Source: an uncultured virus (IMG/VR IMGVR_UViG_3300033069_000955)
Taxonomy: Duplodnaviria; Heunggongvirae; Uroviricota; Caudoviricetes
Direction: 5' to 3' (one strand)
Length of the DNA: 64,000 nt
IMG/VR virus record: IMGVR_UViG_3300033069_000955
The notes beneath the pieces are model-generated. The model had not been told where the DNA came from. It saw nothing but the letters and a program-made list of their open reading frames with translations, and ran no database searches. The translations under genes were made by a program, and so were the position numbers. Below, piece by piece: positions 1 to 8,030 of this stretch; positions within the stretch are counted from its first letter, which is position 1, and each line of letters starts with the position of its first letter.

Positions 1-321
1 GCTATCATGTTGTTTCTCACCTTCCAACCACTCACTCAATCAGTAATCTAGGGTACCTTTACTGATGTCTTGTGCGAACTTTAGAGGAGGGATCCACCTC
101 ATTTTCCCAAGCAAAATTGTTAAGAAGGTTTCTTATTTCTTTTAATACTATTAAGTTTTCCACAACGTGGATACTTTCGTCCTGGTTAAACGGTTAAAGT
201 AGATTTCATCACCGTAAGTTTCTTTATACACCTACACTTTAGCAAGTCAATAAACCTTGCCCAACATCTGACTTGCACTAGTTTGGGAAGTTCTGAGTCC
301 GAAGACTCAAATTGGATTAAC

Positions 322-681
322 TTACCATCTCACAATTAGTTTATGTTGATGTTCTATCATGTCAACAATGTAACCATTATTAGTAAGAATCTCATGTACA
401 TGTTTTCCTATATGGCTAAACTTCTGTATGCCACAATCATTGTACATCATCTTAGTATCTTCACAGTTAAACACAACTTCGGGGTAAGTAGGATTCTTAT
501 CTATCTCTAGTTGAATAATTGCCTCAATAAGAGAAATGAATTCAGCAGGAAGAGTAGCAATCTTAAACAACTCAGGATTTACCTCATATTTTGGATTCTG
601 GTTTCTTGCTTCGTTTGCTGTTATCATAGATCTTACCTCAAACTTTCTTAGAGCCGCCACAGCAGGTGAAAGATATTTCAC
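322..681 (-). CDS. hypothetical phage protein (true start may be the internal MITANEAR)
   Basis: ORF track; co-oriented with and 8 nt from the neighbouring ORF; no recognisable motif. Confidence 0.55.
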   Translation of the reverse strand: MKYLSPAVAALRKFEVRSMITANEARNQNPKYEVNPELFKIATLPAEFISLIEAIIQLEIDKNPTYPEVVFNCEDTKMMYNDCGIQKFSHIGKHVHEILTNNGYIVDMIEHQHKLIVRW

Positions 682-689
682 TTTCTCAC

Positions 690-1001
690 CTAGGATCCTG
701 CCTCAGGCGGCTTTAATGTTCTATCAAATTTTAACCCAGTCACCATGACATGGTGACTGGGTTTCCCTTCCGGGAAATTGGCTAAAGATATTGCTTCTTG
801 TTTCTCATGTTCAGAGAAGTGATATAGAGAAAGTTGGTAATTGCTTTGAATCCCTGGTACATCACATTGTGGAATTGAAATAGTCATGAGCTTAGATTCT
901 TCTGTAAGAATACATTTTGGAAGATGTATATCTAAGCCATTTTCATTTTCATGAACTATCAGTTCACCAAACTGAGTTTGAATTTTCAAGAATTGTTTCA
1001 T
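690..1001 (-). CDS. hypothetical phage protein
   Basis: 103-aa ORF with GGAG upstream; no motif recognised. Confidence 0.6.
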   Translation of the reverse strand: MKQFLKIQTQFGELIVHENENGLDIHLPKCILTEESKLMTISIPQCDVPGIQSNYQLSLYHFSEHEKQEAISLANFPEGKPSHHVMVTGLKFDRTLKPPEAGS

Positions 1002-1118
1002 AGTTTTAAGTCTCCGATTGGTGCTGTCGTAGTCCCAGAACCCACCACTATTCGACTACCAGAGGCTGTACAACCTTACCATTCGTCTTCGTCAGAACCC
1101 TTTACGGGTTTACGGAGT

Positions 1119-1276
1119 CTAGCAACCCTGGTTGGATTCGAACCAACAACCTACTATGCTATGATCACTTACATAGTAAATACTATCTAGTAGTCGGTTT
1201 AGAGCTTCAAGGAGCTACCAAGAAGTTGTCACGTTTTCTAAATAGTCAGATACCCGTTTCTTGACAGGGCTGCTAG
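1119..1276 (-). ncRNA. tRNA-like RNA with greatly enlarged anticodon/variable region
   Basis: 12-bp terminal stem CTAGCAGCCCTG/CAGGGTTGCTAG, canonical T arm GTTGG-TTCGAAT-CCAAC, D-like arm AAGA-AACGGGTA-TCT; no encoded CCA. Confidence 0.55.
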
Positions 1277-1282
1277 AAATTG

Positions 1283-1600
1283 TCAAGTTAGCTCACTTAG
1301 ATCTCTATTAAGATCTGGAAACTCATCTATGGGTGTTAACCTGTGGTTAACGAAGTCTTTTTTGAGAAGGAAAAGATGATCATAGATAAACCCATTGTTG
1401 GATAACACTGATGGGGAACAGATCATTAATAATTCGGAACAAGCCAAGAAGATTTTAACAGCTTCTTCCTTGCTATTAAACATTTTTGTGTGAGTCTCAG
1501 CAGAATCACAGTTAAGATACTGAACACCATATTGAGAAGATTGTCCATCTTCCAGAATTATGCGAGATATCTGTTCTTCAATGTTAGTTGTGATGTTCAT
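1283..1600 (-). CDS. hypothetical phage protein
   Basis: 105-aa ORF with AGGAG upstream. Confidence 0.6.
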   Translation of the reverse strand: MNITTNIEEQISRIILEDGQSSQYGVQYLNCDSAETHTKMFNSKEEAVKIFLACSELLMICSPSVLSNNGFIYDHLFLLKKDFVNHRLTPIDEFPDLNRDLSELT

Positions 1601-1623
1601 TGGTGCTCCTATTTTTTGATCTA

Positions 1624-1956
1624 GGTTAACAGCAACTCCTGCTTAGGGCTGGACCATTCCGGATTGGTCAGGAACTCCACGCATGTGCCCTTCCTTATTG
1701 ATGTTATTTTAACCAAGCTTTTCAAAAGGACTTGCGATCCTTTATCATGGCTTGCGGCCACTTAGTACCTAGAAATTGTATCCTGTTTTACGACTAGGGT
1801 GGAACAGGAAACCATCAGTAGCTTTCTGCTGGGCTACATTTTTAAACTGCGACCGCCACCGTGAGCATCAACTTATCAGGTTGAGTCACAGTGATTTCGG
1901 TTGCCTTGTGAGAGACATCCTTTACCTAGTGTTCTTGCTGACACAATTACACTAGT
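1624..1956 (-). ncRNA. candidate structured RNA downstream of the UCA tRNA
   Basis: ORF-free stretch with many hairpins, two carrying GCAA in the loop on the minus strand. Confidence 0.35.
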
Positions 1957-1969
1957 AGTGGTCTGAAAT

Positions 1970-2044
1970 TGGTCAGGAGAGATGAATTCGAATCACCGAC
2001 CCGCTCGATTGAAATGAGCTGCTCTACCGCTGAGCTATCTCCTG
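1970..2044 (-). tRNA. tRNA with anticodon TCA (opal suppressor type, short variable arm)
   Basis: CAGGAGA TA GCTC AGCGGTA GAGC A GCTCA TT-TCA-AT CGAGC GGGTC GGTGA TTCGAAT TCATC TCTCCTG A CCA. Confidence 0.85.
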
Positions 2045-2052
2045 AAAATTAG

Positions 2053-2451
2053 TTAAGAGACAAGCTCACTGGATATATCCACAACGTAGTATGGAACGTT
2101 ACCAGGAAGCATATGCCATTGTTCTCGTGGAAATGGTTGAGTTACAAGGTTAGAAGCTAAACCAAGTAGGAACAATTGTTCCATATCTTGGTGTTCTCCC
2201 CATTGGACATCATCCTTAGTATTACAGGCATTAAGGAATGACATTCCTTTTCCTTTATCATGCATGAATTCGTCAGGTAGTTGAGAGAAAAGTTGAGCAA
2301 TCTCATTACGATGAGACTTCAATCTTTCAGGATGGAATCCTACATTAGTCATGATACCTTGAGCTAAGGTGTAACCATCGGTTGGTTCATTTTCCTTGAA
2401 CAAACAATCAAGAAAGATATTTTCAACATTCTGAGCTGTAAGTTGTAGCAT
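2053..2451 (-). CDS. conserved phage hypothetical protein (IFxDCLF...GFHPxRL...QWGxH motifs)
   Basis: Start trimmed to MLQLTAQ because the track's longer N-terminus runs through two tRNA-like genes; motif pattern recalled from other phage proteins. Confidence 0.75.
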   Translation of the reverse strand: MLQLTAQNVENIFLDCLFKENEPTDGYTLAQGIMTNVGFHPERLKSHRNEIAQLFSQLPDEFMHDKGKGMSFLNACNTKDDVQWGEHQDMEQLFLLGLASNLVTQPFPREQWHMLPGNVPYYVVDISSELVS

Positions 2452-2486
2452 GACGTTTTGATTCCTTAAAAGGAAAGCAAGGAGAT

Positions 2487-2567
2487 TGGTGCAAGGAATA
2501 GGATTCGAACCTATGACTTCCTTCTCGTTTGACGGAGATGGTCCTCTGACCGCTGAGGTACCCTCAC
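2487..2567 (-). tRNA. atypical tRNA: G3-U70/A73 acceptor, extended anticodon stem, 8-nt loop
   Basis: GTGAGGG TA CCTC AGCGGTCA GAGG A CCATCTC-CGTCAAAC-GAGAAGG AAGTC ATAGG TTCGAAT CCTAT TCCTTGC A CCA. Confidence 0.75.
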
Positions 2568-2571
2568 ACAT

Positions 2572-2660
2572 TGGTGGACTACAAGTAAAACAATGTAAAC
2601 ACTGTTTGCTAATTGACATAATTGCTCATATCAATTGGTACAGGAATGCCTTGTAATCCA
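2572..2660 (-). ncRNA. candidate CCA-terminated cloverleaf-like RNA without T-loop consensus
   Basis: GGATTACAAG/CTTGTAGTCC stem followed by A-CCA, two internal hairpins, 4 nt upstream of the atypical tRNA. Confidence 0.35.
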
Positions 2661-3663
2661 GCTATATTCCTTGTTGCATTTGAGTTACTATTAGGTTTGA
2701 CCCTATTTCGCTCTTTCATTTACTCCGTCCTATTTTGTTAAGAATTGCTTCCCAACTTTTATTAACAGAACCCGAGATTGTACCATTACTCGGGCTGAAA
2801 AACTTTAGGTGAAAGGAGTAGGGGTTTCTCCTACTCACTCATTATTCGGGCTTTGAAGGCCTTAGCCATAGGTTATTCTTATACAGAATCCCTTCATGTG
2901 TTTAGGGGTGACAACCATTGCTGATCGTCACCCTGGGGTTTTTCTTTCACCGATCATACCAGATAGATCGTGATTGAGATTTGCTTATATTCGACAAAGT
3001 TTATACATGGCGAGAAGGAGAATGGATGAAACTCCGATTTTCATGTTGGACTTAACTGTCGAATTAGCGAACCAGTATTTTGCTGGTTCTTATTTGGTGT
3101 TCTCTTTTGAGGTGAGTGATCCCCTCTTATCCACTATGATGCAGAAATTCTGGAAGATCTGCATGTTTGTGTTGTTTGGTTTGAACCAGGTTTAACCCTG
3201 TTGTTGTTCAACCCATTTTTGGTTTTTAACCACTAACAAGTAGCATCAAGGAAACTAATGTCAGTCGGTCAAATTGGGAATTACCCCATAGATGCTTTTA
3301 ACACCTATGAGGTAGACTACAAAAAATCTCAGTATATCATACCGCTCTTAACGGTTTTTTCTCATTTACGGGTGGTCTTAGGTGAGCTTCATGATAGTTA
3401 ATCATCCTCCGTCAGTCGGGCCATAATACCAGATATTTCCAGTAATTGGTAGAACCCGAAATTGATTTAAGTTATCCAAAGTTGGCTTTCAGCAGCGAGT
3501 CTCACTTAGCTGCCTTAGCCAACTCAGGAACATTCCCGGTGGTGGCCGGGAAATAACCCCAGTTAATTGGGGTTGGACGTGAGTGGGGCGGGGGAAAATA
3601 GGGGTCCCAAGTTTCAAAGGGACCCCGTTGTTTTACACACATGGCCATGAGCCATGGTGCTTA

Positions 3664-3948
3664 TCAGCACTCACGCCAAGAGAAAAAACGATCCATGATT
3701 GCACGGCAACCATTAGCAACCGAGTAATAGATAGCGGTTGCAAGAGTGGAAATGATAGCAGCAGCAGCCACTGCCATTCCTCCAGCATGGAACAATCCAG
3801 CTAGGAATACACTGAGGAACATGGACAAGCCAATACCTACAAGTGGGAACTGCTTGCAAAATTTGAGAAGAGCTGGGAACTTGGAGAACAAGAATAGCTC
3901 GAATGCTACACTAACTGTAGCAAGGCCGATGATGATGTAAACAAACAT
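3664..3948 (-). CDS. small membrane protein
   Basis: Start trimmed to MFVYIII (GGAG upstream); about three hydrophobic segments. Confidence 0.7.
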   Translation of the reverse strand: MFVYIIIGLATVSVAFELFLFSKFPALLKFCKQFPLVGIGLSMFLSVFLAGLFHAGGMAVAAAAIISTLATAIYYSVANGCRAIMDRFFSWREC

Positions 3949-4013
3949 TTGGTGAGACTCCGTTTGAGTAGAGCTGTGGGTTGTTACACCCACAGCTGAT
4001 TTTTGGTTGCAGA

Positions 4014-4409
4014 TTAAACTGCAACAGGGTCGGCTGAGATTGCCTTAGTGGTGCGACGTTTGTCACCCCAGCTGGCTATACCAGGCAGTACTTTATTTGT
4101 GACGAATGCACAAATTGGGGCAGAATACCCCATCTCCTCCTTGACAGAGCTGGCGATTATTGAATACCAGATAGCCAACACAATGTTGACTCCAAGTAGC
4201 AGAAAGTCGCCAGGCAACAGGTATGTAAGACCAGCAAACATTAGCATAATCCAACATCCTGCAAGCAGGAGAGAGAAGGCTGATACGAGACCTTGAATAA
4301 GGGCTCCTACCAAGTCTTGTTGTTTGGCAGAGAAGACCATGCACACTGCTGCGTTATACGCAATAGTTAAAAGTGCAAGGGCATTGATGAAGAGGAAGAG
4401 TGTAATCAA
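4014..4409 (-). CDS. small membrane protein
   Basis: 131 aa, about three hydrophobic segments, TTG start. Confidence 0.7.
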   Translation of the reverse strand: MITLFLFINALALLTIAYNAAVCMVFSAKQQDLVGALIQGLVSAFSLLLAGCWIMLMFAGLTYLLPGDFLLLGVNIVLAIWYSIIASSVKEEMGYSAPICAFVTNKVLPGIASWGDKRRTTKAISADPVAV

Positions 4410-4415
4410 TTAAGA

Positions 4416-4865
4416 TTACGCTCCTACAGGTTCTGGAGTACCTTGGATGACAGCACCTGGAACACCAGGATCCTGTTGATACTCGGTGTTGGGAAGCTTC
4501 TCGGCACGTTTGACCTTACGGTCTGCGTTCCAAGTCTTGCCTTTGTTCCAAAGACCTACGAAAGTCGAGGTGATTGGAGCAGCAGCATACTCAGTTTCCC
4601 ATTCAGCGAGGTTGTACAGAATGCCACGACAGATGTCGATTGCAATGGTGTACATCGCGGTGATACCGAGTACAGCCCAGGTTACTGGGTTGGTAAACAT
4701 CATGGAAACCAGAAGGATTCCAGCTGCTGCTGACATAAACATGGCAGTCGAGGACACTTGTGCCCCATTACGCCACATTCTGACAGCGGTAAGGATGGCT
4801 TTGATGGAAGCCATAAGGATGAAGATCGCCAGCGTAGTGGCGACTAGGAGCATAAAGAAACTCAT
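4416..4865 (-). CDS. small membrane protein
   Basis: 149 aa, about three hydrophobic segments, GGAG upstream. Confidence 0.7.
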   Translation of the reverse strand: MSFFMLLVATTLAIFILMASIKAILTAVRMWRNGAQVSSTAMFMSAAAGILLVSMMFTNPVTWAVLGITAMYTIAIDICRGILYNLAEWETEYAAAPITSTFVGLWNKGKTWNADRKVKRAEKLPNTEYQQDPGVPGAVIQGTPEPVGA

Positions 4866-4932
4866 AGTTTTCTCCGGTTGCTTATCTGATACCCCCTAGG
4901 CTGTTACACCTAGGGGGATGATGAAGCTGGAA

Positions 4933-5805
4933 TCAAGAAGACTTAACTTCTGCCTCCAGATCGTCAATGGACATTGGCTCGGTCTTTTCAACCTTAGCCT
5001 GAGCTGGAGTGTTTGTGACACTCGGCTTGGCATCAGTTGAAGGACGCTTCCAATTCTTGAGATGAGCTGCGACTTTGCGAACAGCTGTGTCGTAAGCACG
5101 GAATTCGTCCTTGACTTCCTTGCTGAGATGAGCGAGATCGCCGCCCTGTTCGAATCGTTTGAGGTCAATGCCCTCAAAGGAGTCACGAACAGCTCGCTCA
5201 ATTGCATTGAACGCATTGAGGACTCGCTTACCAACTTCGCTAGTAGCAGAAGCCTTGGATTCGGAGTCGGCTGCTTCAGCAGCTGCGGCCTTGTCACCTG
5301 GTGGGATGAACAAGTTGGTGTTCTTTCGCATGAAAGACACAGAACGCATGTTGGGATTGGCCGAGTTCTTGTTGAACGAAAGACCAGTACGCATGGTCTG
5401 GAGTTCCACTTCGTCAGGGCTCAAGATCATCTTGGGCTTGCCAACCTTGGCATCGGGATCGGGGATCATCTTGCGTCCGAAGAGGACAGAATGAACTGTG
5501 GTCACTCGTTGACCGATGAAGCCGATGAGGTCCTCAGCGTCTTCGTCTTCTTCAAGAAGATTCTTGGAAGACTCGACTGCTCGGACTTCGATGCGTGTGG
5601 GATACACACGGTTTTCGACGCCTCCGGTGCCCCGGAAGGAGATGCCTTCGCCAACGACTTGAGGAAGGCCCTTGAATGGACCTTCTGCGATTGGCTCAGG
5701 AGTGGAGAGAGTAAGGTCAATCGTGAAGTTCTCCAGAACGACTGCTTCGTTAGCAGTACGGAGAGCACTCAGATTGAGAGTGGCGGAAGGTGATTTGGTA
5801 ATCAT
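4933..5805 (-). CDS. hypothetical protein (290 aa, strongly biased codon usage)
   Basis: Long ORF with open antisense frames typical of a highly expressed gene; followed by a GC-rich hairpin; no motif recognised. Confidence 0.75.
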   Translation of the reverse strand: MITKSPSATLNLSALRTANEAVVLENFTIDLTLSTPEPIAEGPFKGLPQVVGEGISFRGTGGVENRVYPTRIEVRAVESSKNLLEEDEDAEDLIGFIGQRVTTVHSVLFGRKMIPDPDAKVGKPKMILSPDEVELQTMRTGLSFNKNSANPNMRSVSFMRKNTNLFIPPGDKAAAAEAADSESKASATSEVGKRVLNAFNAIERAVRDSFEGIDLKRFEQGGDLAHLSKEVKDEFRAYDTAVRKVAAHLKNWKRPSTDAKPSVTNTPAQAKVEKTEPMSIDDLEAEVKSS

Positions 5806-6153
5806 TGTTTTGAAGTTAGACCTCTGTTTTGAATTTGGGTTTCACAGAACCCGAGATTGATTTTACTCGTAGTCTATACCAGTACTTGAGATTGTCTACA
5901 CCCAGTGGTAGGGCTAGCCAAAAAAAAGTATTGGTAAGTGACGAGAGCATAGCTCAGGCTGTTACCCAAAATTGATTTTTCTACCTCTAGGAAACAGTAT
6001 TCCAAGAAGTCTAAAACATTTTAAATGTTAGAAGTCTAACCTAGTGAAACTATGAATGTTCCTGGAGGCGAATGCCAGAAGGACCGTGAATAGTTTCAAG
6101 AAAAAATGTACACCCCCGTAGGCTTGCACCTACGGGGGTAATTGTGACAGATG

Positions 6154-7935
6154 TCAGAGGACTTCGATGCCGACAATCTCACCGATTGGCACAGTAAGTG
6201 CTTCGTGAGTGTCTTCATCTTGAAGTTGTTCATCTGACAAGTCAGATGGGAGTTCTTTGAGAAGCTCCACTTCAGTACCCTCTGGTTGATGAGCAAGCAG
6301 TTCTGCTGACTCATAAAGAGCTTTAGCTCTTAGCATCTGGAAGTTGTTCCGGGTTGTGAAACGAAGGTCTTCATCCTGAAGTACACAAGCAAGGAGCTTG
6401 CCTGTGAAACTTTCAACAGTCCACTGTTTCAAGAAACGTGGTTGAATGTTTTCGGATGCGACACCGGAACGGAATAGGTGATGATCAAAAACATAAGTTT
6501 TGATCTGTTCACCCTTTGGACCAATGATGGTCTGAGGTGTGGCTTTGCTGAGAAAGAAAGCCATGAGCTTTTTGTCTTCAGCTTCAGCAGTGGAGTAGAG
6601 AACGTCGATGGGAGTACCATCTTCAGTAGTCCATTGTCCAACCTCACGGGGCTCGAAACGAGACCCCTCTTGGTCAAGGAGCTTGCCAACACGCTTGGAC
6701 TCTTGTTTAGGGTTTGGAGAAACCCAAACAGTAGTGGTCTTACCAGACCAACTGGAGAGTTCAAGCATAGGCCAGTTTTCAACTGGCTCGAATGATACCT
6801 GTGGAAGGAAGGTATCAATTTCAGGTTTTGATTTCTCGATACCTGTGGGAGTGATGTAGCACTGAAGGGAATCAGTGACCACAAGTGCAACCTTCATATT
6901 GCTGGTACGCAGAGTGCGAACAAGCAGAGAACGATTGCGGCCAGGTCGATGAGCTTCGCTCATACCAGAGCAGAACTCTGGGAAACGATTCTCGCCAGCA
7001 AGGAAATGCTTGCGGAGAGAAGGACGACTACCAGTTGATGGATAATGGATACCACCAAAAGCTTTGGAAGCTTGGGCGGTAATACGCATCATTACATCAA
7101 TGCTGGTTTCCTTACCCATGAAACTGGGGAAGGAGCTATGGTCCACAACAACAGTACGAGAAGCGAAGAACTTCGCATTCTTGTAGGGTGTGTGCCTACC
7201 ATCTGTGATGGTAGATGGGACAACATCGCCAAAAAGTTCAACGAACTTCTTGAGGCATGACTCAAGGGCATAAGCTCCGCCACCTTTGAAGATGGCTGAG
7301 ACATAGCCCAGAGTAGTGATGTTGCAAGAGCAACCATAGTGACGAGTCACGTAAAGTGACAAGTGTTCGAGAGGACTCATTACACGGCCTTCTCCAGTGG
7401 AAGGTTCGTAGACATAGGCGGGATACAGAACGGTTGAGAAACCGACGTGATCACCACCCATATCCTTCTTCCAGACGAATGCCGAATGTTTTCCAGTAGC
7501 TGGATTGAAGAGAGACACAGAGATAGCAGGTGGAACACCTTTACGGGTGGCAGCAAGTTCTTGAACTTGCAAGTAGCCCCCTTTGATGAGCCAAGCAACG
7601 AGTGAATAATCACTCTGAACAGGATCATCAGTCCAAGCCTGACGGGTTGGATTAGGATCTTTGTGTTTACGGGCTTCGGTGAATTGCATATGGCCGTTGG
7701 CCGCAAGTTCCACCTCATCCCAGGAATAGCCAAGATTGGCAGATTGGGAGATGGCTCCACGACTACCATAGAATACGGCAGTAATTGGATCCATTGATTC
7801 GACTGGGAGGTCGAAGATGAGAGGACGTTCAGCTCCTTCGCCCTTACGGGCGGCTTTCATAGTGCGACCTTCAAGGTCGTCACGGAAAGCCTGTGACAAA
7901 GGAGAAACAATTGATTTGAACAGACTGAGGTTCAT
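6154..7935 (-). CDS. RNA polymerase beta-like (DPBB-B) part of a small two-barrel RNAP
   Basis: NMKVAL (cf. RpoB NMRVAF) and RVGKLLDQEGSR...EDGTPIDVLY (cf. RpoB GDKMAGRHGNK...ENGTPVDIVL); aligns gaplessly with the C-terminal motif of ORF 20482..24264. Confidence 0.75.
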   Translation of the reverse strand: MNLSLFKSIVSPLSQAFRDDLEGRTMKAARKGEGAERPLIFDLPVESMDPITAVFYGSRGAISQSANLGYSWDEVELAANGHMQFTEARKHKDPNPTRQAWTDDPVQSDYSLVAWLIKGGYLQVQELAATRKGVPPAISVSLFNPATGKHSAFVWKKDMGGDHVGFSTVLYPAYVYEPSTGEGRVMSPLEHLSLYVTRHYGCSCNITTLGYVSAIFKGGGAYALESCLKKFVELFGDVVPSTITDGRHTPYKNAKFFASRTVVVDHSSFPSFMGKETSIDVMMRITAQASKAFGGIHYPSTGSRPSLRKHFLAGENRFPEFCSGMSEAHRPGRNRSLLVRTLRTSNMKVALVVTDSLQCYITPTGIEKSKPEIDTFLPQVSFEPVENWPMLELSSWSGKTTTVWVSPNPKQESKRVGKLLDQEGSRFEPREVGQWTTEDGTPIDVLYSTAEAEDKKLMAFFLSKATPQTIIGPKGEQIKTYVFDHHLFRSGVASENIQPRFLKQWTVESFTGKLLACVLQDEDLRFTTRNNFQMLRAKALYESAELLAHQPEGTEVELLKELPSDLSDEQLQDEDTHEALTVPIGEIVGIEVL

Positions 7936-8030
7936 GTTATTAGTAACCAGGCGTGAGTTATCGGACTAGCATCCGACGGGAAGTCCAACCGACGTTGGAG
8001 CTTTTGAATAGTGCTCTAAGAGAGCAACGA

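Noticed and set aside
1970..2044. tRNA-Sec call for the UCA tRNA
   Set aside because: Short variable arm, 7-bp acceptor and 4-bp D stem; no sel genes in the window
2452..2619. N-terminal extension of ORF 2053..2619
   Set aside because: It is a translation of the tRNA gene (GSNP is the T loop); real start taken as 2451
2974..3804. Plus-strand ORFs 2974..3195 and 3583..3804
   Set aside because: Opposite to local gene orientation, non-ATG starts, within a hairpin-rich intergenic region
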